NCBI GenBank assembly: GCA_965206595.1
Contig: OZ242214.1
Span: forward strand, 672,001-736,000
DNA: 64,000 nucleotides
Origin: Candidatus Latescibacterota bacterium
GTDB taxonomy: Bacteria > Latescibacterota > UBA2968 > UBA8231
Reading direction: 5' to 3'
The notes beneath the pieces were generated by a model, which saw nothing but the letters and a program-made list of their open reading frames with translations, had not been told where the DNA came from and made no database searches. The first letter of the stretch is position 1. Each line of letters opens with the position of its first letter. Position numbers and translations under genes: made by a program. Below are positions 9,019-19,068 of this stretch, piece after piece.

Positions 9019-10104
9019 ATGAAACCGGAAAAACCCCATACCGTAGCCACCGACCCGGGCATCGCCTGGATCAAGGACGAGGCCATCGCCATCGACGCCC
9101 CTCCGGACGACGACAGCGATCCCGCTCCCGAGACGCGCTGGTCCTCCGCAGCCGTCCGCACCGGGTTGTGCGGCGCCGTGTCGCCCAACGTCGTCCCCCT
9201 ACCCGGGGGCGGCTACCGCATGTACTACACCCAGATGACCCCGCGGCCCGGGCACCCGGCCGGCGCCAACGACTACGACAACTGCACGGCGCGTATCCTC
9301 AGCGCCGTCTCCGCGGACGGGTCTTCCTGGACGCCGGAACCGGGGGTGCGCCTGTCCCCGGGGGAGGGCGGGGCAGGGGAGTTCCGCGTGGTCAGCTCGG
9401 ACGTCGTTCCGATCCCCGGGGGCGGCGGCAGGCTGCGGATGTATTTCGAGTGTTGTCCGGGGACCCAGGGAGGGGGTAGCACCATTCGCAGCGCCGTCTC
9501 CGACGACGGCGAACCCGAGGGGTTCGCCTTGGGAACGGCGAAGCCGTTGCCCCGAGACGCTCAAAGAGCGTTCGGCCTCGACTGGAAGCTGGAGCCCGGG
9601 GAGCGCCTGGAGTCGGGAAGCTACAACGCCCCCCGCCTGCTCCACCTCGACGACGGCACCTGCCGGCTCTACTGCAGCGACCGCTCAGGCGGCATCGCCA
9701 GCGCCCTCTCCGGCGACGGCGGCCTCACCTTCCGCATGGAACCGGGCAAGCGGATTGAGCAGGAGCTGCCGTACGAAGCGGCCACCGCGTTCGCCCCGGA
9801 GGTTCTGCGCATCGAGAGCGGGGGCTACCGCATGTACTACGCCGGGTACAGCGACCGGACCAGGGCCTACGTCCTGACCGCGGCGTCGGAAGACGGCCTG
9901 GAATGGACCAAGGAGCCGGAGCCGGTCGTCGCGCCGGGCAGCCCGCTTGACCGGGCCAAGTGCTCGGAGATGTGCGTCGTTCAGCTGCCGGGGGTTGCCG
10001 GCGAGCCACCGCGCTACCGCCTGTTCTACGAGGCCTGCGACGGCACCGCCCCCGGGGAACGGGGCGTCTGGCGCATCCTCAGCGCCACTTCCACAACTGC
10101 CTGA
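9019..10104 (+). CDS. Beta-propeller (glycoside hydrolase-like) protein carrying an in-frame palindromic insert
   Basis: Repeated blades YRMYY...SAxSxDGxxWxxEPGxR. Confidence 0.7.
   Translation: MKPEKPHTVATDPGIAWIKDEAIAIDAPPDDDSDPAPETRWSSAAVRTGLCGAVSPNVVPLPGGGYRMYYTQMTPRPGHPAGANDYDNCTARILSAVSADGSSWTPEPGVRLSPGEGGAGEFRVVSSDVVPIPGGGGRLRMYFECCPGTQGGGSTIRSAVSDDGEPEGFALGTAKPLPRDAQRAFGLDWKLEPGERLESGSYNAPRLLHLDDGTCRLYCSDRSGGIASALSGDGGLTFRMEPGKRIEQELPYEAATAFAPEVLRIESGGYRMYYAGYSDRTRAYVLTAASEDGLEWTKEPEPVVAPGSPLDRAKCSEMCVVQLPGVAGEPPRYRLFYEACDGTAPGERGVWRILSATSTTA
9508..9573. repeat. Triple-hairpin palindromic element, 63 bp in frame
   Basis: GGCGAACCC-GAG-GGGTTCGCC; AACGGC-GAA-GCCGTT; ACGCTC-AAA-GAGCGT. 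Confidence 0.75.
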
Positions 10105-10117
10105 GGACCCGCCTGAC

Positions 10118-11218
10118 TCACGACCACGCCTCGCGAAAGAAGCGCAGCGCGTTCCCGTGCAGGATGCCGGCGATCTCCGCGCCCCCGATCCCGGCCTCGC
10201 CCAGCACCTCGGCAAACCCCTGCAGGTCGGCGATGGTGTCGACGCCGATCGGGGTCAGCTCGGCGCCGAAGCCCCCGTCCATGTCGGTGCCGATGGCGAC
10301 GTTGGCGAGCGAGCCCCCGGCCAGCTCCGAAATCCTCTCGATATGGGGCAGCAACCCCTCCATCCCGTATTCAGCCTCCCGCGGCACCTCGAACAGTTCC
10401 TCGGTCCATTCGAACTCCGGGTTCATGAAGTACTGGCAGAACACCAGCCCGATGATCCCCCCGCGCCTGGCGAGCTCGGCGATCATGTCGTCGGTGAGGT
10501 GCCGCTGACCGGGGACGACGGCGCGGCTGACGCAGTGCGATGCCATCACCGGGCCGTCCCAGAGGTCGAACGACTCCCACACCGCCCGGTCGGCCATGTG
10601 GGTGATGTCGAGGATGATCCCCGCCTCGCGCATCGCCCGGAAAAGCTCCTTCGCCGGCGGCTTCAGCCCCCCTTCGGTGAAGGTGCCGTGGATGTAGGTG
10701 TTGTGCCCGAAGTGGGCGGGGCCGACGACGCGCAGCCCGGCGTCCCACCAGAAGCCGACGTCCTCCGGGCCGGCGATCGGGTCGGCGCTCTCCATCGACA
10801 GGATGTGATACACCGGGGTGTTGGGCGCCGGGTTTTTCCAAGCCTCCACCGCGGCTTCGAGATCGCCGAGCGAGGTCACCGGGGCGATCTCCCCGCGGCG
10901 CGCCATGGCCCGGTAGTACTCGAGATGGCCGCGGCCCATGGCGATCGCCTGCTCCTGGGTGCGCATGCCGTCGCGGCGCTTGCGGTAGCGCGGCTCGGTG
11001 CGCGACATGACGGTGCTGAGCATGATGCCGACCGAGCCCCGCCGCATCTCGGGGAAGGTCACCGTGCAGGAACCGGTGTCGTAGTCGTCGGCGACCTGCG
11101 GGATCTCGTTCCTCTCCTGCTCGCGGACCTCGTGCGCCGTCAGGGTCAGGTCGCGGTTCCAGTAGAGGGCGTCCCACGCCAGGTCGAGATGCAGGTCGAT
11201 GATCAGTGGTTGTGACAT
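10118..11218 (-). CDS. Membrane/renal dipeptidase family (peptidase M19)
   Basis: DLHLD, SMESAD, LDITH, ASH, IGTDMDGG. Confidence 0.9.
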   Translation of the reverse strand: MSQPLIIDLHLDLAWDALYWNRDLTLTAHEVREQERNEIPQVADDYDTGSCTVTFPEMRRGSVGIMLSTVMSRTEPRYRKRRDGMRTQEQAIAMGRGHLEYYRAMARRGEIAPVTSLGDLEAAVEAWKNPAPNTPVYHILSMESADPIAGPEDVGFWWDAGLRVVGPAHFGHNTYIHGTFTEGGLKPPAKELFRAMREAGIILDITHMADRAVWESFDLWDGPVMASHCVSRAVVPGQRHLTDDMIAELARRGGIIGLVFCQYFMNPEFEWTEELFEVPREAEYGMEGLLPHIERISELAGGSLANVAIGTDMDGGFGAELTPIGVDTIADLQGFAEVLGEAGIGGAEIAGILHGNALRFFREAWS

Positions 11219-11358
11219 GCGCTGGCCTCCGTTAGTATGTGCGCTCCGTCAGTTGGAGCCGGCAATATATGAAGTCCCGCGGGCCGGGCGCTTCTTCCGC
11301 TCGAGCCGCCTTTTCCTTCCGACAGGAACCTCGCAATCCGCAGCGGAAAACTCCCCCC

Positions 11359-11667
11359 GTGAACCCAAAGTACCAGATCGTCATCTACTGGAGCGACAAC
11401 GACGGCAGCTTCGTCGCCGAGGTGCCGGAGCTCGACGGCCTCGATGTCCTCGGGGAGAGCTACGAGGAGGCCCTGGCAAAAGCCAGGACCGCGATGGCGG
11501 AATGGATCGACAGTGCCCGCGCCGACGGCGAGGAAATTCCCGAGCCGCTGGGCCGCGTCGAGGTCGCTCCGAAGACCGGCCGCGGCGGCAGGCGGCAGGA
11601 GCGCATCGACAAGCGCCGCCGCCGAAGGGAGAAGGGGCGCCGGGAGCGGCGCGACGCCGGGGAGTAG
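11359..11667 (+). CDS. HicB-like antitoxin domain with Arg-rich tail
   Basis: YQIVIYWS..FVAEVPEL..GESYEEAL..WI..A..GEEIPEP; GTG start at 11359. Confidence 0.8.
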   Translation: MNPKYQIVIYWSDNDGSFVAEVPELDGLDVLGESYEEALAKARTAMAEWIDSARADGEEIPEPLGRVEVAPKTGRGGRRQERIDKRRRRREKGRRERRDAGE

Positions 11668-11784
11668 TGCCTGCCCGCGCAGGCATCAGGTTGAATGCTG
11701 CTCTGCCCCGGGCCTCGCGGCTTTGCCGCGGTATCGCTGCCGAGGGCAAATGAATTCCCATGCCAATTACCGAAGGAGACCGCC

Positions 11785-12699
11785 ATGGCCAGCAGGCCGA
11801 TCCAGATACTCATCGTAGCCGCCCACCCGGCCGACAGCTTCGACCAGGCCGGGGGCACCGCCGCCCACCACGTCGCCCAGGGAGACAGGGTGACCGCCCT
11901 GGTCGCCACCACAGGGGTGCGCTCCCACCACTGGCAGCTCGCGGAGGAGAAACGCCGGAGGGGGAGCGACCTTAATATGGAGGAGCGCGTCCAGGCCGCT
12001 GTCGAGGAGAAGCTCGAGGAGACGCGCCGCGCCTGCCGCATCCTCGGGTTTGACGACCTGCGCGACCTCGGCTTCGAGGACGACGACATCCTCGTCACCC
12101 AGGACAAGGTCGAGGCGATCGCTTCGGCGATCCGCGAGATAAGGCCGGACGTCGTCATCACCCACCACCCGTACGAGACCGCCGGCCTCAAGATGCACGG
12201 CACCATCGGCCAGTGCACGGTCTACGCCTCGCAGCTGGCCAGCGGCACCGGCCGCGGCACCGAGCAGCGGCACGTGGTCCCGGCCATCTACTTCATGAAC
12301 CCGATCGCCTACGTCGGCAGCAACAGCCTCGAGTACGCAAGCACCTGCCGCGTCGACCTCTACGTCGACATCAGCGACGTCATCGAGCGCAAGGTCCGGG
12401 CCCTCGACCAGATCGGCAGCCAGTACTACGGCGGCCCGTACGCGCGCAAGCGCTCCGAGACCTCGGACGGGGCCTACGGGCAGAAGGCGTCGGTCGCCTA
12501 CGCCGAGCCGTTCCAGCGCTACACGCCGATGGTCCGCTACACCCTGCCGGTGACCGACGCCGAGCTCACCGCCAACGACACCGCCCCCGGGGAGACGATG
12601 GGCCGCCGCAGCGAAATCGTCGGCGGGCTGATGCCCCTGGAAGGCGGCGATGCGTACACCTCGGTGCACCGCTTTGCCAAAGAGCAGTACGATGACTGA
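11785..12699 (+). CDS. PIG-L/LmbE family deacetylase
   Basis: LIVAAHPAD, ACRILG, IREIRPDVVITH, YVDISDVIERK, YAEPF; AAGGAG RBS. Confidence 0.85.
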   Translation: MASRPIQILIVAAHPADSFDQAGGTAAHHVAQGDRVTALVATTGVRSHHWQLAEEKRRRGSDLNMEERVQAAVEEKLEETRRACRILGFDDLRDLGFEDDDILVTQDKVEAIASAIREIRPDVVITHHPYETAGLKMHGTIGQCTVYASQLASGTGRGTEQRHVVPAIYFMNPIAYVGSNSLEYASTCRVDLYVDISDVIERKVRALDQIGSQYYGGPYARKRSETSDGAYGQKASVAYAEPFQRYTPMVRYTLPVTDAELTANDTAPGETMGRRSEIVGGLMPLEGGDAYTSVHRFAKEQYDD

Positions 12700-14131
12700 C
12701 ACGCCATCGTCGTCCCTGCACTTCTTCGACGATTGGCGGCTGCGGCTGCGCGAGGGTTTCGACCGCGAGCAGGGGAGCCCCGAGCCGCTGCGCGAGATCC
12801 CGCTGGGCACCCGCCCGGAGCTCAAGATTCTGCGCGGCCTGGTCGGCACCCGGTACGATGAGCGCCGCGAGTGCTGGTTCAGTATCGTCGACTGCCACCC
12901 GGCCGACGGCAGCCCGCGGTTCGCGCTGCGCATGGAAACCGACGACCCCTGCCATTGGGAAGCGCCGAGGTGGTCCGAGGGCGGCGACCCGATCTGGCGG
13001 CGCACCGACAGCCTCATGGTAGATCAGTACGACGAACCGATAGCCTGCTTCAACATCCTGCCGCTGGCCGGCACCCCGCACGAAGAGCGCGGCTATTTCA
13101 TGAACATGTACCGCTACATCGCCGCCGACGGCACCCGAACTCCGGGCGCGGTCGCCTTCTCGCAGGATGGGTTTCGATTCGAAGTCGACGTGAACACCCG
13201 GTGGATCGACTACCTGAGCGACACGGGAAATCCGACGATCTACGACCCCGTCATCGGCCAGTACCGCATCTACTGCCGGCCCCATTTCGTCGATCGGCGC
13301 GCCGCCATGCTGCTTTCACCGGACCTGAACAGCTTTGGCGAGCCGACCGTCATCCTGCAGCCGGACGCATTGGACCCGCCCAACCGCGAGTTCTACGGCA
13401 TCGAGCCGATACCGCTGGACGACATGTACGTCGCCCACCTGGCTGTTTACGATACCGAGCCTTCCGAAATCGAGTCGCCGGGCAAGATGCAGGGCACCAC
13501 CCAGACCGAGCTCGCCTACAGTTACAACGGCCAGAACTGGTACCGCGCCCGCCGCGAGCCGTTCCTGGCGCGCACCGGGGCGGGCAGCTTCTTCGGAGGC
13601 TCGGTCTATCCCTCCGCGCCGATGCGCACGGCAGACGACCGCCTGCTTTTTCACTGTATGGGTCAGGGCGTCGAACACGGCGCCCACGACGAAGAGATCC
13701 CGGAAGAGCGCCGCACCGAAGCGACTGCCTGGAAGACGTTTCAGTACGAAATGCGCCTCGACGGCTGGAACTACCTGAGGACGCGGGCGAGGTACGGACG
13801 CATTCAAACGAAGGCCTTGATACCCGCGGGCGGCCGGTTGATCGCCAATGTCCGCACCGCGCCAACCGGCGAGGCAAGGGCCGCGTTGCTCGACTACCGG
13901 ACGCTGGAGCCGCTGCCCCACTATACCCTGGACGAATGCGTGCCGATCAACGGCGACGCGGTGGCCGGGGTGGTGCGCTGGCAGGAGCGGGAGGATCTGG
14001 AGGAGCTGAAGGGCCGGCCCGTAATACTGGAGGTGAAAGTTCGCGAGGGGGAGCTGTACTCGCTCCGCTTCGACTACCGCATGGCGGAGTTCACGTATAC
14101 AGCTGAAGGGCCGGCGCTGCTGGAGAAATAG
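12692..14131 (+). CDS. Hypothetical protein, five-bladed beta-propeller glycosidase-like
   Basis: LHFFDDW, FSQDGF, ELAYSYNGQNW, RLDGW, LYSLRF; start overlaps upstream gene end. Confidence 0.6.
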   Translation: MTDTPSSSLHFFDDWRLRLREGFDREQGSPEPLREIPLGTRPELKILRGLVGTRYDERRECWFSIVDCHPADGSPRFALRMETDDPCHWEAPRWSEGGDPIWRRTDSLMVDQYDEPIACFNILPLAGTPHEERGYFMNMYRYIAADGTRTPGAVAFSQDGFRFEVDVNTRWIDYLSDTGNPTIYDPVIGQYRIYCRPHFVDRRAAMLLSPDLNSFGEPTVILQPDALDPPNREFYGIEPIPLDDMYVAHLAVYDTEPSEIESPGKMQGTTQTELAYSYNGQNWYRARREPFLARTGAGSFFGGSVYPSAPMRTADDRLLFHCMGQGVEHGAHDEEIPEERRTEATAWKTFQYEMRLDGWNYLRTRARYGRIQTKALIPAGGRLIANVRTAPTGEARAALLDYRTLEPLPHYTLDECVPINGDAVAGVVRWQEREDLEELKGRPVILEVKVREGELYSLRFDYRMAEFTYTAEGPALLEK

Positions 14132-14500
14132 CAGCGCCGGGGCAGAGCAATTCCTGGTGCTGGGCGGGCCTGGGTTGCCTGCTTGCAAAGCAAGGACGGA
14201 AAAACTCCACGCCCCTGTCCGCAGAGCGGCTTTGGCGCCGCGCGACTTCGCGCCACGACCGCATCGAGGCCCTCGGCCGCCCCGGCGCCGCGGCCCGGCG
14301 AACCACCGGAGGCCGTAGCGCGGTCGCGGCAGCTGCCCGCGGAGCCCGTGCGTCGCGATGGCCGGGCGGAGATTCCGTCCGGGACGGTGCCGCGGGTGCG
14401 GCAGGGTGAGGCCCGGCTTCGCGCATAGCGAGAGCCCCTCGCCGCGGTTGCCCGGCCTCTCTTCGAACTGACTTCACCGGCGGCTGATTGACAGCGCCGT

Positions 14501-15307
14501 CTATGCGATCAGCCCCTTGAGATATCGAACCGCGTCCGCGGTGCTCTGCGGCCCCAGGTGCTCGGGGACGATCACCCCTTCGTACTGGTTGTCCTGCAGA
14601 GCGCGCATGCAGCGGGCCATGTCGACGTCGCCGCTTTCCAGCGGCACCTCGTCGTGGTCCATCAGCGCCGGACCCGTCCTGACCTGGTTGCGGGCGTGGG
14701 CGAAGAAGATCCGGTCCATACCCCAGGTCTCGGCCGGGGTGTGTGGCTCCTCGCCGATCAGCCACATCCCCTGGCAGTAGGTAACCCCGTTGTTGGGACT
14801 GGGCGCCGCCTCCCAGATCGAGTGCACGACGTCGACCGCCCACAGGTGATTCCCCAGCCTGAGGCCGGCCTCGTCCGCGGCGGCGACCACCTCTTTGAAG
14901 AAGTCGATCACGGCCCCCCAGTCCTCGTCTCCCGGCATCACCATCAGGGGCCGGCCCTCGTGGTATTCGTGGAAGTGGAGGAACCGGTCCAGCGGATAGA
15001 AGAGGGAGGCGTCGATGCTGGCCCGCCCCGCGGCGCGGATGGTTTCGCAGAGAGCCTTGCGCTCCTCGGGGGCGGTCCCCAGCACCACCTCCTGCGAGGG
15101 GGGCGCCAGTATCACCCCGGAGACGAGGACGTCCCTCGCCCGCAGCTCATCGATGACCCGGGTGAACTCCCCGGCCGTTGCATGGCCGCGCTCGTCGAAC
15201 CCCGGGACCGAGTTGGCGCTGAGGAATATCTCGTCGACGCCGCAGGCGCGGCACTCCGCCGCGACCTGGTCGGCGCTGCTGTAACCCATGTGAATCCCGA
15301 CCCTCAT
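14501..15307 (-). CDS. TIM-barrel sugar isomerase/dehydratase-like protein
   Basis: NNGVTYCQG, IFFAHARN, GDVDM, YEGVIVPEH. Confidence 0.75.
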   Translation of the reverse strand: MRVGIHMGYSSADQVAAECRACGVDEIFLSANSVPGFDERGHATAGEFTRVIDELRARDVLVSGVILAPPSQEVVLGTAPEERKALCETIRAAGRASIDASLFYPLDRFLHFHEYHEGRPLMVMPGDEDWGAVIDFFKEVVAAADEAGLRLGNHLWAVDVVHSIWEAAPSPNNGVTYCQGMWLIGEEPHTPAETWGMDRIFFAHARNQVRTGPALMDHDEVPLESGDVDMARCMRALQDNQYEGVIVPEHLGPQSTADAVRYLKGLIA

Positions 15308-15383
15308 CGATCATTCTCCTTCCGCGCCGGTCCGGCCGGCGTGGTATTCATTGTGATACGGGAAAGAGGTGTTTTGTCCAGGC

Positions 15384-15975
15384 TTATCGGTTCTTCAGAT
15401 CTCCCCAGGACACCGACTTTACCGGCGTCGGGATCACTCGCTTATAGACATCGCCGCCCAGAGTGAGAACTTCGTCTTCGATGCTCCAGTAAACAAAAGT
15501 TTCTTCCCCGAATTGAAAGGTTTCCCTTGCCGAAAACAAAGACTTCAGAAGCCCTCTGTAGGCGTCTACCAGGAAGTCTGTGTCATCTGATCCCTCCTGG
15601 CGGTTCTCGATAGCCGGAGCCGCAATTTCCATAATGTCGTTAACCAGCTCTTCCCACCCTGCTACTTCGGCGGCTTGATAGACAGACAGTCAAAAATCTG
15701 CTGCCTCTTGATTCCCAGGTCCCTGAAAGAGACACGTATACAATTCGCCCCTGTATAAGAGCCGCAAGGGCTTCCTTTATATCGGGGTCATCTTCGAATC
15801 CCAATTCTGAGGGAACCAGGATAGTCTCAACATCAATGCTGGTTTCCCGCGCAAGAGTCCCGTTATCTCGGATAGTCATAGAGTCAGTGCCGCCCTCAAG
15901 CATCCAGGCGCCGATCAGGGATTCATCGGCGGAGGCCAGAGAAGCGAGAAGCAGGATACCCGCATGTAATCGCAT
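15384..15975 (-). pseudogene. Secreted hypothetical protein with C-terminal SWGDLK tail, frameshifted
   Basis: Signal peptide MRLHAGILLLASLASA; removing one GACA copy at 15681-15688 joins the two ORFs (TVYQAAEVAGWEELVNDIMEIA). Confidence 0.65.
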
Positions 15976-16089
15976 GTTGTTTCCTCCCTTGCAGAAGTTC
16001 AGCAACGTCGTAATCGACACCGTTGTTTATGAATGGAAGGCCGGTAACCGCCGGTCCCGGCCCCGGGGCGATTCCCCGGCCGGCCCTGC

Positions 16090-17049
16090 TTACGTCTCCT
16101 TGGAAACCGCCTGGATCAGGGCGATGATGTACCCGAACTGGAACGCCCACCCCTGCCGCACGCGGCCTGAAACACCTTCCGGCGCGACGTCGTCCGGGTG
16201 CACGGGGGAGTGGTCGGGCATCAGCATGTACGGGTATCCCGTCCTGTGGAAGATCCTCGCCAGCTCGTGCATGTCGACGTCCCCTTCGTCCGGCCAGACC
16301 TCGACGAAGTCGCCGAGACCGCCGCGGATGTTACGGAAGTGGACGTTGAAGATCTTCCTTTTCGAGGAGAAGTACTCGACGATCGGCGGCAGCTCCTTCC
16401 CCGGGTCATCGAGACCTTCCGAGGCGACCCCGCAGCAGAAGTTGAATCCGTGGTACGGGCTGTCGACCAGCTCGCTGAAGCGCTTGAGGCCCTCGAAGAC
16501 CGGGTAGTTCCAGCGCTCCTCCCCGCGCAGCACCGGCGCCGGCGGGTCGGGAAGGTGGCAGGCCATCTGGACCCCGTACTCCTCGGCGACCGGAATCACC
16601 CCTTCCAGGAAGTACTGGATGCGGGCGAAGATTTCGTCGAGGTCGACGCGCCCGGCCTCGTGCGGCTCGTCGTTGTCGTACTTCGAGAACTCGAACGAGC
16701 TGTACCCCGACCCCCCGCGGCCGTAGCGCATCTCCGTCCTCTGGTACCCGACCGGGGTGAAGTTGTAGTTGAGGCCGCGCAGCCCGGCCTTTCCCGCGTT
16801 GGCGATCCAGCCGCGGATGGCGTCGATGTCGCGGTCCCGCTGCGGGTCGCGGGCAAACGGGATGCTTTCCGGCATCGGGATGTGGATCATCTCGAGCTCC
16901 ACCCCCTCGGCCGCGGCCTCCTCCCGCCGCCTGACGATCTCGTCGAGGTCGTCGGGATCGATCGAGGTGTCCATGTGGGTGACGCCGTGACGCCTGAGGA
17001 ACTCCAGCTCCTTCTTCGATGTCCCTATGCCCTGCACTCCTACGTACAT
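16090..17049 (-). CDS. Mannonate dehydratase (UxuA)-like protein
   Basis: LNYNF, PVAEEYGVQMACHLPDPP, GFNFCCG, VHFRNIRG, MPDH. Confidence 0.85.
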   Translation of the reverse strand: MYVGVQGIGTSKKELEFLRRHGVTHMDTSIDPDDLDEIVRRREEAAAEGVELEMIHIPMPESIPFARDPQRDRDIDAIRGWIANAGKAGLRGLNYNFTPVGYQRTEMRYGRGGSGYSSFEFSKYDNDEPHEAGRVDLDEIFARIQYFLEGVIPVAEEYGVQMACHLPDPPAPVLRGEERWNYPVFEGLKRFSELVDSPYHGFNFCCGVASEGLDDPGKELPPIVEYFSSKRKIFNVHFRNIRGGLGDFVEVWPDEGDVDMHELARIFHRTGYPYMLMPDHSPVHPDDVAPEGVSGRVRQGWAFQFGYIIALIQAVSKET

Positions 17050-17323
17050 GCCTGTTGTTCCCTTTCTATCTGAATGTGGTGTCGTGGCAAAGTTCCGATT
17101 TCAAGAGATGGTGCCGCCCGTCATGGCGAGAGGCTCGCCTTGATCAGCCCCCACGAGTCAGGTGCGGCCGCGGTGCCGCCATTGTCGCTGCCGTCCGCCG
17201 GAATCAGGATGCCATGGAGACCCGAAAATGCCACGAATGTCGTTCCGGGGAAATCCGAACTGCGCCCCCCGTCCATTACCTCGGGTGAAAGAACGGCCTG
17301 GTTCTCCTGGTGATCGAATCCCA

Positions 17324-18775
17324 TCAGACATTGTAGGAAGTCGACGCCGTAGTTCCCCCGCGGCCGGTCCAGTTGGTGTGGAAGAACTCGCCGCGGGGCC
17401 TGTCGACGCGCTCGTAGGTGTGGGCCCCAAAGTAATCCCGCTGCGCCTGCAGCAGGTTGGCCGGCAGGACCTCGCTGCGGTAGCCGTCGTAGTAGGCCAG
17501 GGCGCTGCCGAAGGCCGGCACCGGCACACCGAGCTGCACCGCGGCAGCGACCACCCGGCGCCAGGATTCCTGGCTCTCGGCGAGGGCCGCGGAGAAGTGG
17601 GGCGCCAGCAGAAGGTTGGCGAGGCCGGGGTCGGCGTCGAAGGCCTCCTTGATGCGCCCGAGGAAGCGCGCCCTGATGATGCAGCCGCCGCGCCACATGA
17701 AGGCGATGCTGCCGTAGTCGAGCGGCCATCCGTGCTCGGCCGCGGCCGCCCTGAGCAGCTGGAACCCCTGGGCGTAGGAGCAGATCTTGGAGGCGTACAG
17801 GGAGCGGCGCACGTCCTCGACGAAGGCGGCGGGGTCGCCGTCGAAGCCGCGGTCCGCGCCCTTGAGAACCGCGGCCGCCCCCACCCGTTCCTCCTTGAGA
17901 GCCGAGAGGCAGCGGGCGAAGACCGCCTCGGTGATGGTCGCCGCGGGCGCCCCGAGCTGCAGCGCCTCGATCCCCGTCCACTTGCCCGTCCCTTTCTGTC
18001 CGGCCGTGTCGAGGATGACGTCGACCATCGGCCGCCCGGTCTCCTCGTCGGTGCGCGCCAGGATGTCGCCGGTGATCTCGATCAGGTAGCTGTCGAGCTC
18101 GCCCTGGTTCCACTGGCGGAAGACGGCGCTCATCTCCTGCGGGCTCATCCCGCAGACCCGGCGCAGCAGCGAGTAGGCCTCGCAGATCAGCTGCATGTCG
18201 CCGTACTCGATGCCGTTGTGGATCATCTTGACGTAGTGGCCGGCCCCGTCCGGGCCGATCCAGTCGCAGCAGGGGGAGCCGTCGTCGACCTTGGCGGCGA
18301 TGGCGCGGAAGATCTCCCTGACGTGCGGCCACGCCTCCTCGTTTCCCCCCGGCATGATGCTCGGCCCCTTGAGAGCCCCCTCCTCGCCGCCGGACACCCC
18401 GGTGCCGATGTAGAGGATTCCCTTCCGCGCGAGGTCGCGGGTCCGCCGCGTCGTGTCCCCGAAGTTGGAGTTGCCGCCGTCGATCAGGATGTCCCCCTTG
18501 TCGAGCAGGGGAAGGAACTCGGCGATCACCCTGTCGACCGCGGCCCCGGCCTGCACCATCAGCATGACGCGGCGGGGGCGCGCGAGTCGGGAGACCAGTT
18601 CCGCGGGAAAGCGGGCGCCGAGGATCGGCAGGCCCTTCGCCCTGCCTTCGAGGAAGGCGTCGACCTTGGAGGTGGTGCGGTTGTACACGGCCACGGTGAA
18701 GCCGCGGCCGGCCATGTTCAGCACCAGGTTTTCCCCCATCACCGCCAGTCCTACGAGACCGATATCCGCCTGCAT
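17324..18775 (-). CDS. gnd: 6-phosphogluconate dehydrogenase (NADP, decarboxylating)
   Basis: [46 protein letters not shown]. Confidence 0.97.
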   Translation of the reverse strand: MQADIGLVGLAVMGENLVLNMAGRGFTVAVYNRTTSKVDAFLEGRAKGLPILGARFPAELVSRLARPRRVMLMVQAGAAVDRVIAEFLPLLDKGDILIDGGNSNFGDTTRRTRDLARKGILYIGTGVSGGEEGALKGPSIMPGGNEEAWPHVREIFRAIAAKVDDGSPCCDWIGPDGAGHYVKMIHNGIEYGDMQLICEAYSLLRRVCGMSPQEMSAVFRQWNQGELDSYLIEITGDILARTDEETGRPMVDVILDTAGQKGTGKWTGIEALQLGAPAATITEAVFARCLSALKEERVGAAAVLKGADRGFDGDPAAFVEDVRRSLYASKICSYAQGFQLLRAAAAEHGWPLDYGSIAFMWRGGCIIRARFLGRIKEAFDADPGLANLLLAPHFSAALAESQESWRRVVAAAVQLGVPVPAFGSALAYYDGYRSEVLPANLLQAQRDYFGAHTYERVDRPRGEFFHTNWTGRGGTTASTSYNV

Positions 18776-19068
18776 CCGCTTTCCTTTCTGTTCATCCATT
18801 CTGTCATCAATCCGGCTCTTCATTTTGTCTGGGCGCGTAAGTAAGCGTACGAACGAGGGCGAGGACCAACTATGTCCTTTCGCCTATGCGCCCGGCTGGC
18901 AAGGCGCCTGAGCGAGCCGTACCGGGGGTGTACGGGGAGCGAAGGCAACGCGGCGAAACGGGATACAGCGGCGACCGGATTCGCGCGGATTGCGCGCCCA
19001 GGCACCAGGTTGACGGGTTCCCCCTGGAGTTGCGCTAACCCGCCGCGGCTACCGGTCCTCCCGGCCCC

